A stretch of DNA of 64,000 nt from Felis catus (taxonomy: Eukaryota), in the NCBI RefSeq assembly GCF_018350175.1, contig NC_058368.1, positions 32,800,001 to 32,864,000 on the forward strand, read 5' to 3'. Shown piece after piece: positions 1 through 11,849 of the stretch. The notes beneath the pieces were generated by a model. It was not told the origin of the DNA, made no database searches, and saw only the letters and a program-made list of their open reading frames with translations. Within the stretch, counting starts at the first letter, position 1. Each line of letters begins with the position of its first letter. The translations under genes and the position numbers were made by a program.

Positions 1-59
1 TTTTAAAAGAGTGAATGTTCAATAATAATTTAAAAAGTGATATGGTAGAGGTAATCTCA

Positions 60-740
60 TAAATTTAAAACAAACTTTGATTAATTTTATACAAATTAAT
101 ATGAAATCCCAGTCAAATTGATTGAATACTTTTCTACAAAAATTCTCAAAAAAGACATGAGAAGAGATAAAAAGTTTAGACAATTTTGTTGCTTATTAAG
201 AAAGGTGTCAGAGAGTTTCTAAACCTTCCTGCAAGAAAGCAGTAGAATCAGATGTTGTTACAAGGTAATTCTGCTAACATTTTTAAGACAAATGATGTCA
301 GTGATCTTTGAATACTTGGGAAAATATTGAAGACGTTAATACAGAACTCGATAATTTATTAATCAAACTGAGAATTCTTCACTCAAATTTTTCATAAACC
401 TAAATATCCTAATCATCCTCTAGTAAACATCCTAAATATAATATTAACAAACATAAATTAGCAGTGTATTGAAAGAATTAGATGTTAGGGCTGATTAGGT
501 TTTATTTAAGGGATGCAAGGATGTTTCTGTATTAGGAAAGCTGCCAAAACAGACTATCGTTAGTAAATCATAGGAAATAAATACTATGATTATACCAATA
601 ATTACCAGAAGTATTTGGAAAAAATAGATCCTCTTGATTTTCAAATATCAATCATAACAGAATAGATAGTTACATCTTTAAAATGATCAGATACATCCAT
701 CTCAGACTAAAAGACAGCATTCTGCTTAATATGGAAGGGT
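60..740 (+). mobile_element. Ancient L1M ORF2 fragment
   Basis: Degenerate RT-region sequence (ggtttt...agggatgcaaggatg). Confidence 0.5.
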
Positions 741-1353
741 TTCTATTGTATATAAAGAGCTCCCCAAAACTATAAGGAAAGGACAATAAACAGGAGCTAA
801 AGAATAAGGATGAATAATCCACATTATGGGATGAATAGGTGGTAATAATCTATGCAAGTTACAGATAACTCTAACTCACAAATTGATGCCTTATATGGGG
901 TTAGCCAGAGTGAAATGAGAGAACAGCATGGAAATGTGATACTTAAAGTTGTATCCATTCATTATCACCCATTTCAACAGTTCCTTCATCCTAAACCTAG
1001 TATATTTTTTCCCAAGCTTTTATCACCTTCTGATATATTATATAATATAAATTTTATAATATTGTCAGTCTGCTTTCCCAGTTAACATGTGATGCCCATG
1101 ATGACAGGGCTTTTGGCCTGCTTGGCTCAGTGATGCAACCCAATTGCTCAGTTAATATCTGTAGATGACTAAATAATAATTAGGATGTAAACAAAAATCT
1201 CATGATAGTAAGGGAGGCCATATTCATGAAGGCAAATGAACTTGTAGTGTGTTGCATCTATGATGATTATTTTTTTAAGTTTCTATGTTTAGCTGATAAA
1301 AAATTACAATCCATTCTATGAGATGCAAATAGATGGCCTAACAACAACTTTAC

Positions 1354-1377
1354 CTTCAAATTTTCTTGTGTGAGTCT
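1354..1377 (-). other. Candidate 24-nt microexon
   Basis: ttttattttcaaaatgcattttcAG | AGACTCACACAAGAAAATTTGAAG | GTAAAG. Confidence 0.3.
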
Positions 1378-2428
1378 CTGAAAATGCATTTTGAAAATAA
1401 AATATATTAATTGCTTACAGTTAAGAAAGAAAGGAAGAAATGTTAGTCATAAGTTCTCTTGTGCAAGTTGTATTGCCCCAATATGGAGAGAAAACTAAAG
1501 TATCATTCTTGCTGGCTCAAAACCTTCACATTTTTCTATATTTCTACACCCCTCTATGTCTAACCAGTTTTAGATGCTGCACTTTTCATCTTCAAATAGA
1601 TCCTTGTTTCTTCTTTTTTGTTTCTACTGCTGGACTAATTAATACATTTTAGTATTTCACATTTTGATTGATATAGTGATTTTCTATCCATGTCCCCTAC
1701 ATGGTTTTCCTTCCTAAAACAGCAACTGCATTTTTGCTAACAAAAAGTAGTACTTTGTTCTGCTATTGAGGTATTCAAAAAATTTTTTTAAATATTACTC
1801 TTCTTGATGAAATTTACAGAAAAGTGACCATATTATATTCTCTATGATAATGCTTATATTAAAAGATGTGTTTTCTTCAGTTAGGATAATATATTCAACT
1901 TCATTTATTTACAAGATAATTAGAGTTTTGTTTTTTTGCATCTTCCAAACATTTTATAAAAAAAGATATTTCTCTTTATGATATTTTCAACATTCCAAAA
2001 AACATTGCATATCACCAGCCTATATGTCATATATCAGCTGCTACATAGAGTATTGTTTCTTTAAAAAAATTATTGTTTATTCCAAATTAAATGTTTCATT
2101 TTGAATAAAAATGTTAAAATATTTTATTATTTTGTGATGAAAAGGAAATATGTGTATTTATTTATTCAAGTTAAAATAAGGCATAGATGTATTAGATTAT
2201 ACTTCAGCTAAATAGAAGTTGAATAGCTAAATAGAAAGTGGTGATCCCCTAAAAAACATTAAATTTAAATTTTATTTTGATTTAGCATAATGAGAAAATT
2301 AAAATAAATAATAAGATGGTATTATTTTTTAATGAATATTTTAGGTAAATCAGAAACTTGTAACACTAATAGAATTCAAGAAATAAATAAAATACAGTTC
2401 TGATACAGTTATAGAGAATGATGGGTAC

Positions 2429-2664
2429 CTACTTAAGTTTCTTTATTTTGAATATCCATGTAAATCACAGTAAGTCCTTGATACCATTTTACAAAATATT
2501 TGGGTAAAATCGACACGATTGATAACACATGAAGGTATCAATATTTTAAAATTACAATATGGAATGGATACACTCTAACTAAAACTTTCATATGACAGAA
2601 AGCTTTGGAAATATGGTTTTCATTTTTGAATGGCAAATATAAATCAAATGTTGTTTCGCTGTCC
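2429..2664 (-). pseudogene. Pseudo-exon, SEA-like
   Basis: DSETTFDLYLPFKNENHISKAFCHMKVLVRVYPFHIVILKY*YLHVLSIV... with AG/GT boundaries. Confidence 0.4.
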
Positions 2665-2874
2665 CTGTACACTAGCCCAAGATTTAACCTTGAATTTATA
2701 ATTTAAATAAAATCAATTGGGAGACGTTGTTTTAAGGCAATATGTCAACTCAACCTCAGTATATTTAAATTTTTAAGTTTTCATGTCAAAAATTATTGGA
2801 ATATACAGTTTACCTAATTATTAATTTGAGGAATAAGTAAATGTGGTACTATTCATTGCCCTCTTTATTTCTAC

Positions 2875-2918
2875 AAATTAAATTAAATTAAATTAAATTA
2901 AATTAAATTAAATTAAAT
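2875..2918 (+). repeat. (AAATT)n microsatellite
   Basis: Direct reading. Confidence 0.95.
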
Positions 2919-2981
2919 CATTATTTTTTCCAGAAGGTATTCACTTTCTAAGAAATACTGATGCAAACATACTAGGAATAC

Positions 2982-3238
2982 CTGAAACAAATCTGAAGCT
3001 AAAATGAATAATGACAGAGAATTACCCCACGCTTGAAATCACTTTGTTTCCATCCTGATGTGTAACCAGTCCAGGCATAGTCTTTGAATAGAAGGTTCAG
3101 CATACTCTCCCCTGTGGCATTGTGCATTAATTCTTCAGCACACGGATAACCTAGCTTCGCAAAATATATCATTGTCAACATCATTACCATCCACTAAATG
3201 TGTTAACCTCAACAGGAATTTGGAAGTTAAAACAGAAC
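2982..3238 (-). pseudogene. Pseudo-exon, SEA-like
   Basis: Acceptor cccattcAG. SVLTSKFLLRLTHLV / YPCAEELMHNATGESMLNLLFKDYAWTGYTSGWKQSDFKRGVILCHYSF*LQI. Donor CAG|GTATTC. Confidence 0.62.
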
Positions 3239-4225
3239 CTGAATGGGACACTACTTTTTATAACAAAAGATCGCTTTCATCTCTATATCAAATGTTGCAA
3301 TTAAAAATAAAACAGAAAAGCCTCTACTTACCTCTTAGAATTAGATTAAAATTTCTAAAATGTAATATATATATCGCTAGCCTACGACAAACTTTAAATT
3401 TAATGAATTAAATAGAGTACAGGCTAAGAGATCCCACAAAAACATAGCATAAATACAATACAGATTTCTTCGTCTCTTTTAATTATGACTCTGATTGGTA
3501 GCATGTTTTAGGTCCATTAGAACTTTCAAAGGTCTAGGATTCTTTTTTCCTCCTTACTCCTTGCCTCCTTCCTTCTCTCCCTCTTTCTCTTCCTACAATT
3601 CTTTCCTCTCTCTCCCTCCTTCTTTCTTCCTTCTTTTAAACCTTAAGTAAAAGAGGCAGGAACCTAACCTGTATAATTTCATTTATAGCGAAGTTTTCAA
3701 AAGGGTAAAACAAATGTTATAGAAATCTGAAGAGATTATCCATAGAGGAGATGACTAGGGGTAGGAGGGAATGTTCTGGTATGCTAAAGTATCTCCTGTC
3801 CTACATTGTGCTGATAGATAGATAGATGATAGATAGATATGAAAAATAGAAAATTAAACAAACATATTCAAACAAACAAAAATTTTTGATAATTTGTAAG
3901 CATCGAATTTACTAATTACTACAGGGTGATCTTTGGTTAGAGGAAAAATACTCCCAAATATAAGTACAGAGATGTGAGAGGTAATGAGAGTGTAATAAAA
4001 ATAGCAAATTTGGGTAAATCTAAATGAATATTAATTTAATAAAAGTATATCAATAATATCTTTTGACACTTAAAATTTGCATAAATTCAGCACATGTGGC
4101 AAATTATTATAGAATTCATGGGGATTGTAAATGTAGATAATATATTCTAATGTATTGCACAAATAGTGGTAAAAATACTAATATATATCAAGATTTAAGG
4201 TCAAGGATAAAAACTGAAATTTTTA

Positions 4226-4385
4226 GGGGCAGCTGGGTGGCTCTGTTAGTGGAGCATCTGACTCTTGATCTTGGCTCAAGCCGTGATCTCAAGTTAGTGG
4301 GATTGAGCCCTGCATCAGACTCTGTGCTGACAGTATAGAGTCTGCTTGGGATTGTCTCTCTCTCTCTTTTTCTGCCCCTCCCTCA

Positions 4386-4424
<39 letters not shown>

Positions 4425-4665
4425 TCTCAAAATAAATAAATAAACTTTTAAAATATATAGAGAGGTGCCTGAGTGGCTTAGTTGGTTAAGCATCTGACTC
4501 TTGGTTTCAGCTCATTATGATCTTCCTGTTTTGTGAGTTCAAGCCCCGTGTTGGGCTCTGTGTGATAGCACAGAGCCTGCTTAGTTAGATTCTCTCTGTC
4601 TCTCTCTGCCCCTCTTCATACTGTCTCTGTCTCTCAAAATAAGTGAATAAACTTTTAAAAAAATA
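4226..4665 (+). mobile_element. Two tandem CAN-SINEs (4226 and 4462)
   Basis: tRNA-like heads, (CT)n and A tails. Outer TSD aaatttttagg. Confidence 0.9.
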
Positions 4666-4974
4666 TAAATTTTTAGGATTTCCACTAAGAAAATAGGAAA
4701 ATATGTATAACTAATGTGGTTATAGAAATATTAAGATATTCAATTTCAAGTCCAAATTTATGAGCAATCACATTAAGTGTAAACGGGATAAATACTCCAA
4801 TTAAAAATATATGGTTAGACTGAATTGAAAAACTAATGCTTTTTATAAGGAACAATTTTCTGATGTATAAAGATGTTGAAAGTGCAAGTAACAGTCACAG
4901 AGATCTTGTTATTTAACCTAGAAATGTTAGTGCATCTTTTCACTGAGAAATATTTTCAATTTTCCATATCATAC

Positions 4975-5200
4975 TAAGTCAATTTCAAAACCAGAAGATG
5001 AAAATTTCAATTTGAGTGATAGCAATAATAGATTCTTAATCTGTCCTTTGGTGGAATTTAACTTTGGAAAATATTTCTTCACACGGATTGCAGCAATTGG
5101 ATTTTTTTTAAGTGAGCTCTGTGATATGCCATTGAGTGCTTTCTCTGATAAATGAAGAAAATCATCAAACATTATGTTATCTGCACTACAGTTTGGCTTC
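4975..5200 (-). pseudogene. Pseudo-exon, SEA-like
   Basis: Acceptor gatttcttAG. KPNCSADNIMFDDFLHLSEKALNGISQSSLKKNPIAAIRVKKYFPKLNSTKGQIKNLLLLSLKLKFSSSGFEIDL. Candidate donor GTATGA. Confidence 0.55.
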
Positions 5201-5874
5201 CTAAGAAATCTTCATATTTTATTTCCACATTAAAAATATCAAATTACTTCTGGCTCTAAGTGACAGGATTGGACTTTTTGAAGCCAGATGTATTTTTAAA
5301 CTCAGGCCAATATAATTCTAATTAAAATATTTCAACAAGTGACTTGAAATCAGAAACTGAGAATTTTCTCTAATTTAGGTGGTGTTTAGAAAACTGCCCA
5401 GAGTATTAAAAAACAAAAACAAAACTTTGATATCATGATTACTTCCCATGTATACTGATAGCCCATCCCTGCACACCTCCAAATGGCAAAGGCTAGAACA
5501 AAACGTTCTCCTTTTGCTGAATTAGATTAAACTCTTAGTGTCCAATCAATATGATTCAACAGACTGGAGGCAATAGAAGGAGAGTATGGTGGCTTATGGC
5601 CACAATTTTTTTCCCCCAAAAATACTATGCATGATAACAAAACCAGTACATTTTATAATAGCTGAAATGTATTGAGACTTTTGAAATTGGATGTTAAACT
5701 ATGAACATCTCATTCAAAAATGCATGCTTGCTCTCTCCTACTACCATTCTCCCTTCACATCCCCCAATACAGACTGACTCTTCGCAGAAAGGCAAAATAA
5801 GTCAATTTGATTTATTAGAATAAGTGTCTCTCATTCTTAAGAGGCAAAATATTTTAGATACATTATAAGTCATA

Positions 5875-6070
5875 ATGTATAATGGAAAACAAAATTTAAA
5901 ACTCAGACAGGTATGTATTCAAATCTCAGGTGCCATTCATGAATTATGAATGTTAAGCAATTTTCAAGATTCTGATTTACTTGTCTACATAATGGGTATA
6001 TTAATTTCTTCCCCACATAGCAGTTGTGAAAATTAAACAATGTAAGGCATCTTCATAGATGCCTGATGCC
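5875..6070 (+). mobile_element. MIR fragment
   Basis: Core-like tcagacagg..ttcaaatc..aatggg..ttgtgaaaattaaa. Confidence 0.6.
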
Positions 6071-6214
6071 TGAATCAGAAAGCCCGCAGTGAACCTTACT
6101 TCCCTTACTGCTTCTCTTACAGTTTTTTCTTTTACCCAGACACAGTTTTGTCATACAAGTTCTTTACATCTTAAAAAAATATGTATTTTTTTGTCTTTGA
6201 TTTGAAATTTGAAT

Positions 6215-6618
6215 TACTCCTATTTTAGCAGTATTTCTTCTCTAGATTTATAGCCACATGTGTATCTGTGACCCATTATTTGTACTCTGTGTCTCTCAGA
6301 ACTAATTAGTTTGAGACTAAGACTATATGTAAATTTCTTAACACAAAGTAATGACATATCTTGATATCTAATTATTCCTTTAATATACACTGTACTGAGG
6401 TTATTCATCAAGATAAAAAGAACTGAACTTGTGGACATTTGACAGGAGATATAGAATTTCAAAATTCATTATTGTTAAAACAAAGCAGGCAGTGATGAAA
6501 GGAGATACTAACTGTAGAATTTTTTCAGGTTTCTGGAACTGTTGCTATTAAGGAAATTTCTGTTATTTCTATATGCCGTAAAATATATGGAAAATGGCCA
6601 ACATAAAATATCTTGAGG
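6215..6618 (-). pseudogene. Pseudo-exon, complete SEA-like unit
   Basis: Single frame PQDILCWPFSIYFTAYRNNRNFLNSNSSRNLKKFYS*YLLSSLPALF*Q**ILKFYISCQMSTSSVLF...STVYIKGIIRYQ. Confidence 0.65.
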
Positions 6619-7066
6619 TCCACATTGCACAGTTTATGTTATGATAAAATAACCATGTTGAACTCAGTCTACCATTTACCATTCTAGTGTTTAATGAAAA
6701 ATACAAATCCTCTGGCCTCTACCACTTTAATCATACCCGTATTCCTTGAGTTCAATTATCTCTTTCTCTCTGAACGTGGGTAACAATAACGGGACACCAT
6801 TTTTTTTTAAAGGAAGCTAGTAAATTACTGGAAAAGTAGAACATTGTGCACTTTAAATGTTTTTAAGTGCAAGATTGAGTCAGAAAACAATAGATCCCTG
6901 ATGAATTCCATTTCTAAAGTTTCTTTTAAATTTTACTCATATGATTAGGTTATGTCTGCTTAGTACTTTGAAAGAAGAGAGATTTTTGGCCTACAAAAAT
7001 CTTAAGTTTTAGAAAACAAAATTGCATTCAACTATGTAATCATCCCTCTAGGTCTTTAGCAATTAC

Positions 7067-7360
7067 TTTTATCTGAGGCACACATTATGTCTCTGTAATA
7101 CAAGTATTCATTTTCTTGATTCAAAACCTCCTTGATTGCAAGTGCCAGAGTTTGTGGTGGTTCAATAGTTGGAGCTTGTGTGTCACTATCAATCTGATTG
7201 TCCTTCTAAGTAATAGTTTCTTACTTCCTAAATAGCTAGAACTTCTGCTTTTTATTTTAGAGCACTAAAACAAAACATGCTGAGACTAGTGGTTACAAAG
7301 CAGCTTTTGAATTCCATCTATGATGCATTTGTATATCTGTTATTATTCTTTTGAATTCTA
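7067..7360 (-). pseudogene. Possible pseudo-exon
   Basis: Acceptor ctcatgtctAG. EFKRIITDIQ...QAPTIEPPQTLALAIKEVLNQENEYLYY. Weak similarity only. Confidence 0.3.
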
Positions 7361-7511
7361 CTAGACATGAGACAGAGTAGCCACTAGGTAAACTAATATT
7401 TGAATGAGCTAGCTTGTCAAATAGCAGGAAAGTATACATTATTATTTGTACAATAAAATAAATAACATGATTAAAATAGTGAAATAATGCAATTTTGGAA
7501 TAATCCTTTAC

Positions 7512-7833
7512 TGATAAAATAATTTATGTTAGGTGGAGATGCTATCTTTGATAAATATTATCACAAAACAGAAATAAAATGTGTGGAAATTTCCAAAGCA
7601 GAAATAGTCCAGTCTGGGATCTATAAATTAGAATAATCGCTGATGCAGATGATTGTTTGCTCTGGTGTATTTTCATTTGGAAAAAGTGGATAGTTTTTCT
7701 TGTAGAACAATTGAAAAAGCAACTGTACCAATTCTGTTTAAACAATTGAACTGCTAGTTGAAGCAAACATTTGTACATACAGAGAAAATTGAAAATTGCT
7801 GATGGCCCAAGAGGATAATGCTTGACTTGTGTT
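7512..7833 (-). pseudogene. Pseudo-exon, complete SEA-like unit
   Basis: Acceptor tgtgtctacAG. NTSQALSSWAISNFQFSLYVQMFASTSSSIV*TELVQLLFQLFYKKNYPLFP... Donor TCA|GTAAAG. Confidence 0.6.
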
Positions 7834-9809
7834 CTGTAGACACATGCAGACAAGTGACAGAATGTGACATAGAGTTCCCTTATAAAAATATTACCAAAAT
7901 ATGAAATTTTCTTTCTTTTTATCTGTACTGATAATTATCGTGCATTCACACACTCTAACCTTCAGCAAAATATAAATAATAGACTTGCTACTTTAAAATG
8001 CATTCCTAATTTACTTTAAGTTACTGGCAAAAACTCCTATTAGGCCAGCAGTATGCTATATGATATAGTATATTGTTATATATTATACATTACCTAGCCA
8101 TATAATGATTTTTTTTAATATTAACCATGCTGCTAGTATAATATTATATTGTATCCGTTCTCTCTATGGTCTTATTCAAAATACATGGCATAATGAGTAA
8201 CTGGAAAAAGGAATAAAAGGTATGTTTTGAATCCAGTATTTTAAACACTGTGGCTTTTATGGAACAGATCTGTTTGCTGGCATGCAGTGGGAAAAGAAGG
8301 AATAGAAACAGCCTATTTATGCCTGAATTTTTTCACTACTCAATTTTTTCATTTTCCTGGGTATAGGATAGGATTATCATGGATATAGGATATAGGAGAT
8401 TTAGTAGTGTACATAATATACCCCATCTCTGACGATGCTGACTAGTGACTAGTAGTGACTAGTAGAAAAACAAAATGGTAAATGAATGTTTACACAAACT
8501 GGTTGCTATAGTACACATCACTAAGGAAGAGAAGTAAAGAGCCATGCCTGGACATATCATAGTAGAACCCAAAACAGAATATTCTTATACCCATTTGTAA
8601 TGGGTATAACTTGTGATAGATGCAGTAGGTAGTAGTAAGTCTTCACGGATAACTGCTTAGCTAGAGCTGTGCCCCTAAATTTGGTGGTTTATTTCAGAAT
8701 AGCTTAAACTGAATGAAATTTCAAAGGGTCCCTTAAAGAGCAGAGGATATGACAAGACATAACCTTCTTTTAAAGTTCCTACTTCCTGTCTTGAGCACTG
8801 GGGTGTGCTCCTCACTGGTCCACCACTAAAGTTGGTATATGACAGTAAAGGTCTTAGTTATACTCTTAAGCTTGCCATAAGAGGTGAGGACTTAGCATGA
8901 GAGCAACCAATCTTACCTTTTAAATCTCAAAAAATATATTGTGACTTAAAAAAATCCTCTTTTGTTTTCTAAAGATTTTGTGAAGTTTCTCTACAGCCAT
9001 TAATATTTTCTCTAAATATTAAAATCAAACATATGCAGCATATTCATTTTCATCATCCATCCAAATAAACGAGGTAATCAGAAACAGAACCGTAAGAAAG
9101 AACATATCTTATGTGGAAGTCTCCACACTTTGATTTGGGATTATAAATCACCATTTTCTTCAGAGGCAGGGATTAGTTGGCAGTAGAGGGAAGTCTCATA
9201 TCAGTTACAAGCCATGAAGTAATAATTTTATCCTATCTTGATGTACTTAATTATAAATTCATTAATTTACTCATTTACTAATTCATTTAATAGATATTTA
9301 CTGACATCTATGTGTAGCAATTTTATGTCTTCTGAATACAATGGCTTACTTACTTTATATGCAGTAAGAAAAACTCTAAAAAACTTAAGTTAAAAAAGGT
9401 ATTTAAAAAGGCAAATAATGATATACATAATTAGTTGTTGCAGAGGCACTCAGATCTCTTTGATGTGTCTTTTGTCAACATCTTTTTCTGTAATTTTGGT
9501 TAATTTTCTTAAACCCCATTCTTCACATGGGGGTCCACATGGCTGACAGTTGCACTGTTTAATGTTTAATACCTCTACAAGTAGGAGTTAATTTTGCAAA
9601 TTACAGGATGGACTGTGGATAATTTAGCAATATACATAAATTATCAGCAATAGCTCATACTCTGACATAGTTCAGGTATGATAGAATATGACAGATTTTT
9701 TTATAAAAATACTACCAAAATATGAAATTTTTATTTTACTATTTCAAAAGACCTTAAGTAACTCTAAAGCATATAGGATCCTGCTTTAAGAAAAGCTTAC
9801 TAGACTCAC

Positions 9810-10095
9810 CAAGCTCTGCCAAGATGTAACCAGCTGATTGAAAGACTAATGAGCTCCTTATTACCGAAGATCCTCAGTTATAATTGTATGATTCCTTGGT
9901 GGGGATGTTGTACACCTAATGCAGATATCAGTTTGGTGGGATTTAGATCACTTCTGATTGTCAGAGTGACAAAACTTAACTGCCTCGTAGAGATGATGTG
10001 AAAACTCTTTGAAAAAAGGCACATTAATTTACAATTGTTGATGCATTTTGTTATTATTCTTGTGATGTTATAGACAATATTGGCTCCATAATGGT
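9810..10095 (-). pseudogene. Pseudo-exon, complete SEA-like unit
   Basis: Single frame IMEPILSITSQE**QNASTIVN*CAFFQRVFTSSLRGS*VLSL*QSEVI...SAGYILAEL-G. Strong donor TTG|GTGAGT in phase 1. Confidence 0.6.
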
Positions 10096-10553
10096 CTTAG
10101 AGATTTGTGTGTAAATTCCAAAATATGTATATTTATTTTAGTAATAGCTAGCTCTCCAATAGAAATAGTTACATCTAGATAAAAGCAGAGCCAGCACTAT
10201 AAACCTTCGTCTTCTAAATCTAGAACTTTTTATTCCAAAATACATTCTGAAATTTAAGTGAATACTCCAAATGTACAAGGTATTAAGCTTAACACTGCTT
10301 CCCAGATCTATTGCCACTAAAAATTAGGGTGTCATCCCTTGAAGAAGTGTTTTTAGTAAGTTTATGGGTACTTCCATTATTACTTAAATAAGGGTTAAAG
10401 AAGTAAAGCCATTTAATATGTTGGCATTTTTATACTCCTTTTTGGTAACAGAAAACTCAAAGTAGCATAAAAATGGAAAATAATTAAAAGGAAAGTTAAT
10501 CATAGTTTTACTGAACCTCAATATAGTCTCATTTATGTTTGGTTTGGAAAATG

Positions 10554-10782
10554 GGGGCGCCTGGGTGGCTCAGTCGGTTAAGCGTCCGACTTCAGCCCGG
10601 GTCACGATCTCGCGGTCCATGAGTTCGAGCCCCGCGTGGGGCTCTGGGCTGATGGCTCAGAGCCTGGAGCCTGCTTCCGATTCTGTGTCTCCCTCTCTCT
10701 CTGCCCCTCCCCCGTTCATGCTCTGTCTCTCTCTGTCTCAAAAATAAATAAACGTTAAAAAAATTAAAAAAAAAAAAAAAAG
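10554..10782 (+). mobile_element. Young felid CAN-SINE
   Basis: CpG-rich consensus-like body and long A tail. Confidence 0.95.
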
Positions 10783-11255
10783 AAAAATGAACAAAGTGTG
10801 ATAAAGTTGTTTTATCCAGAATATATATTTTTGAGAATTTTAGCCAAACAGGAGCACTGCTGGGGGTAAAGTTAGTGTAAATACTGGTGATTTTTCAGAA
10901 CAAGGAATAGTATTATATGGTGCATTGAAATGAATATTAAAACCACCAGTATAAATGAAAAGATAATTGGAGTATATGCTGGGTAAGAACACAGAAAAAA
11001 AAGGCCTTAAATTTGGCCGAAGAAACTGACACCATAAAATGAAAAGAAAAAAAAAATCAGAAAGCAGAAATACTATAAAGGAAATATCTTTTTTAGGGAA
11101 AAATAGTCATCCATAGTTATCAATTGTTATGCTGCCATGGAAAAAGGATCAACAAGATTGAATGAAATTTTAAGTGTTTTTAATACTCTTTTCACAAAAT
11201 ATTTTTAATGTCTTACATATAATTTGCTAAATACAAGTCAATATGGCATACTTAC

Positions 11256-11529
11256 CAATTCAGGGTATAAATCAACTTCTTTCAAAAGCTAATTGCTATA
11301 CAACCCTTTTATAGTATAAGAAGAAGGTTTTTTCCCCTCTCCATACAGATCCCCAAATCATATATTTAACAAATTTGAACATATCTCTATTCATATGATT
11401 TAAGAAGGAGCAAAATTTAATTGACCTGTTACCTATTTATATTGTACTTACTGGCATATTACAAAGGAGAATATTATGTCTCTGTTACACAACAAACATT
11501 ATATTTTGGAAAATACTCTTACTACCGGT
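11256..11529 (-). pseudogene. Possible pseudo-exon(s) of the same gene
   Basis: Two minus-strand GTAAGT donors (near 11255 and 11451). KSIFQN peptide follows acceptor ctttcttAG. Protein similarity is weak. Confidence 0.3.
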
Positions 11530-11849
11530 CTAAGAAAGCTATGACACTTTGGCTATGTTAGCAGGATTGCACACGTAGTGAAAAAAAAAAGTTTTGATTT
11601 ATTTATAAGTAAGACATTATACTTTAAGTTTAAATAGTCGTTTTGAAGGAGGGCAAACAATTGGAGACATTTTTATTTTAATTTTTTTCTTAAATTCAAT
11701 GGTAACAAATAAGTTCTTATATTTATACTCGCTTCTCCATCTACCTCCTCCCACCTGTTATACACACTGTCTTCTCATGGCTTAATCACATTCTGGTAGG
11801 ATTTGGACAAGGGGGCTATAGGGAATAATGGAATAAATAACCAAGGTTT

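Noticed and set aside
2982..3238. Alternative frame with two TGA codons as a selenoprotein or readthrough exon
   Set aside because: Neighbouring blocks have TAA and TAG stops plus frameshifts. Decay explains the pattern better.
8585..8609. Hairpin ttatacccatt-tgt-aatgggtataa
   Set aside because: A single short inverted repeat in AT-rich DNA with no supporting context.
10535..10747. Recurring ORFs like GAWVAQSVKRPTSA (also at 20312, 34793, 37248, 43826, 47150)
   Set aside because: Translations of CAN-SINE bodies. The tRNA-like heads are not tRNA genes.
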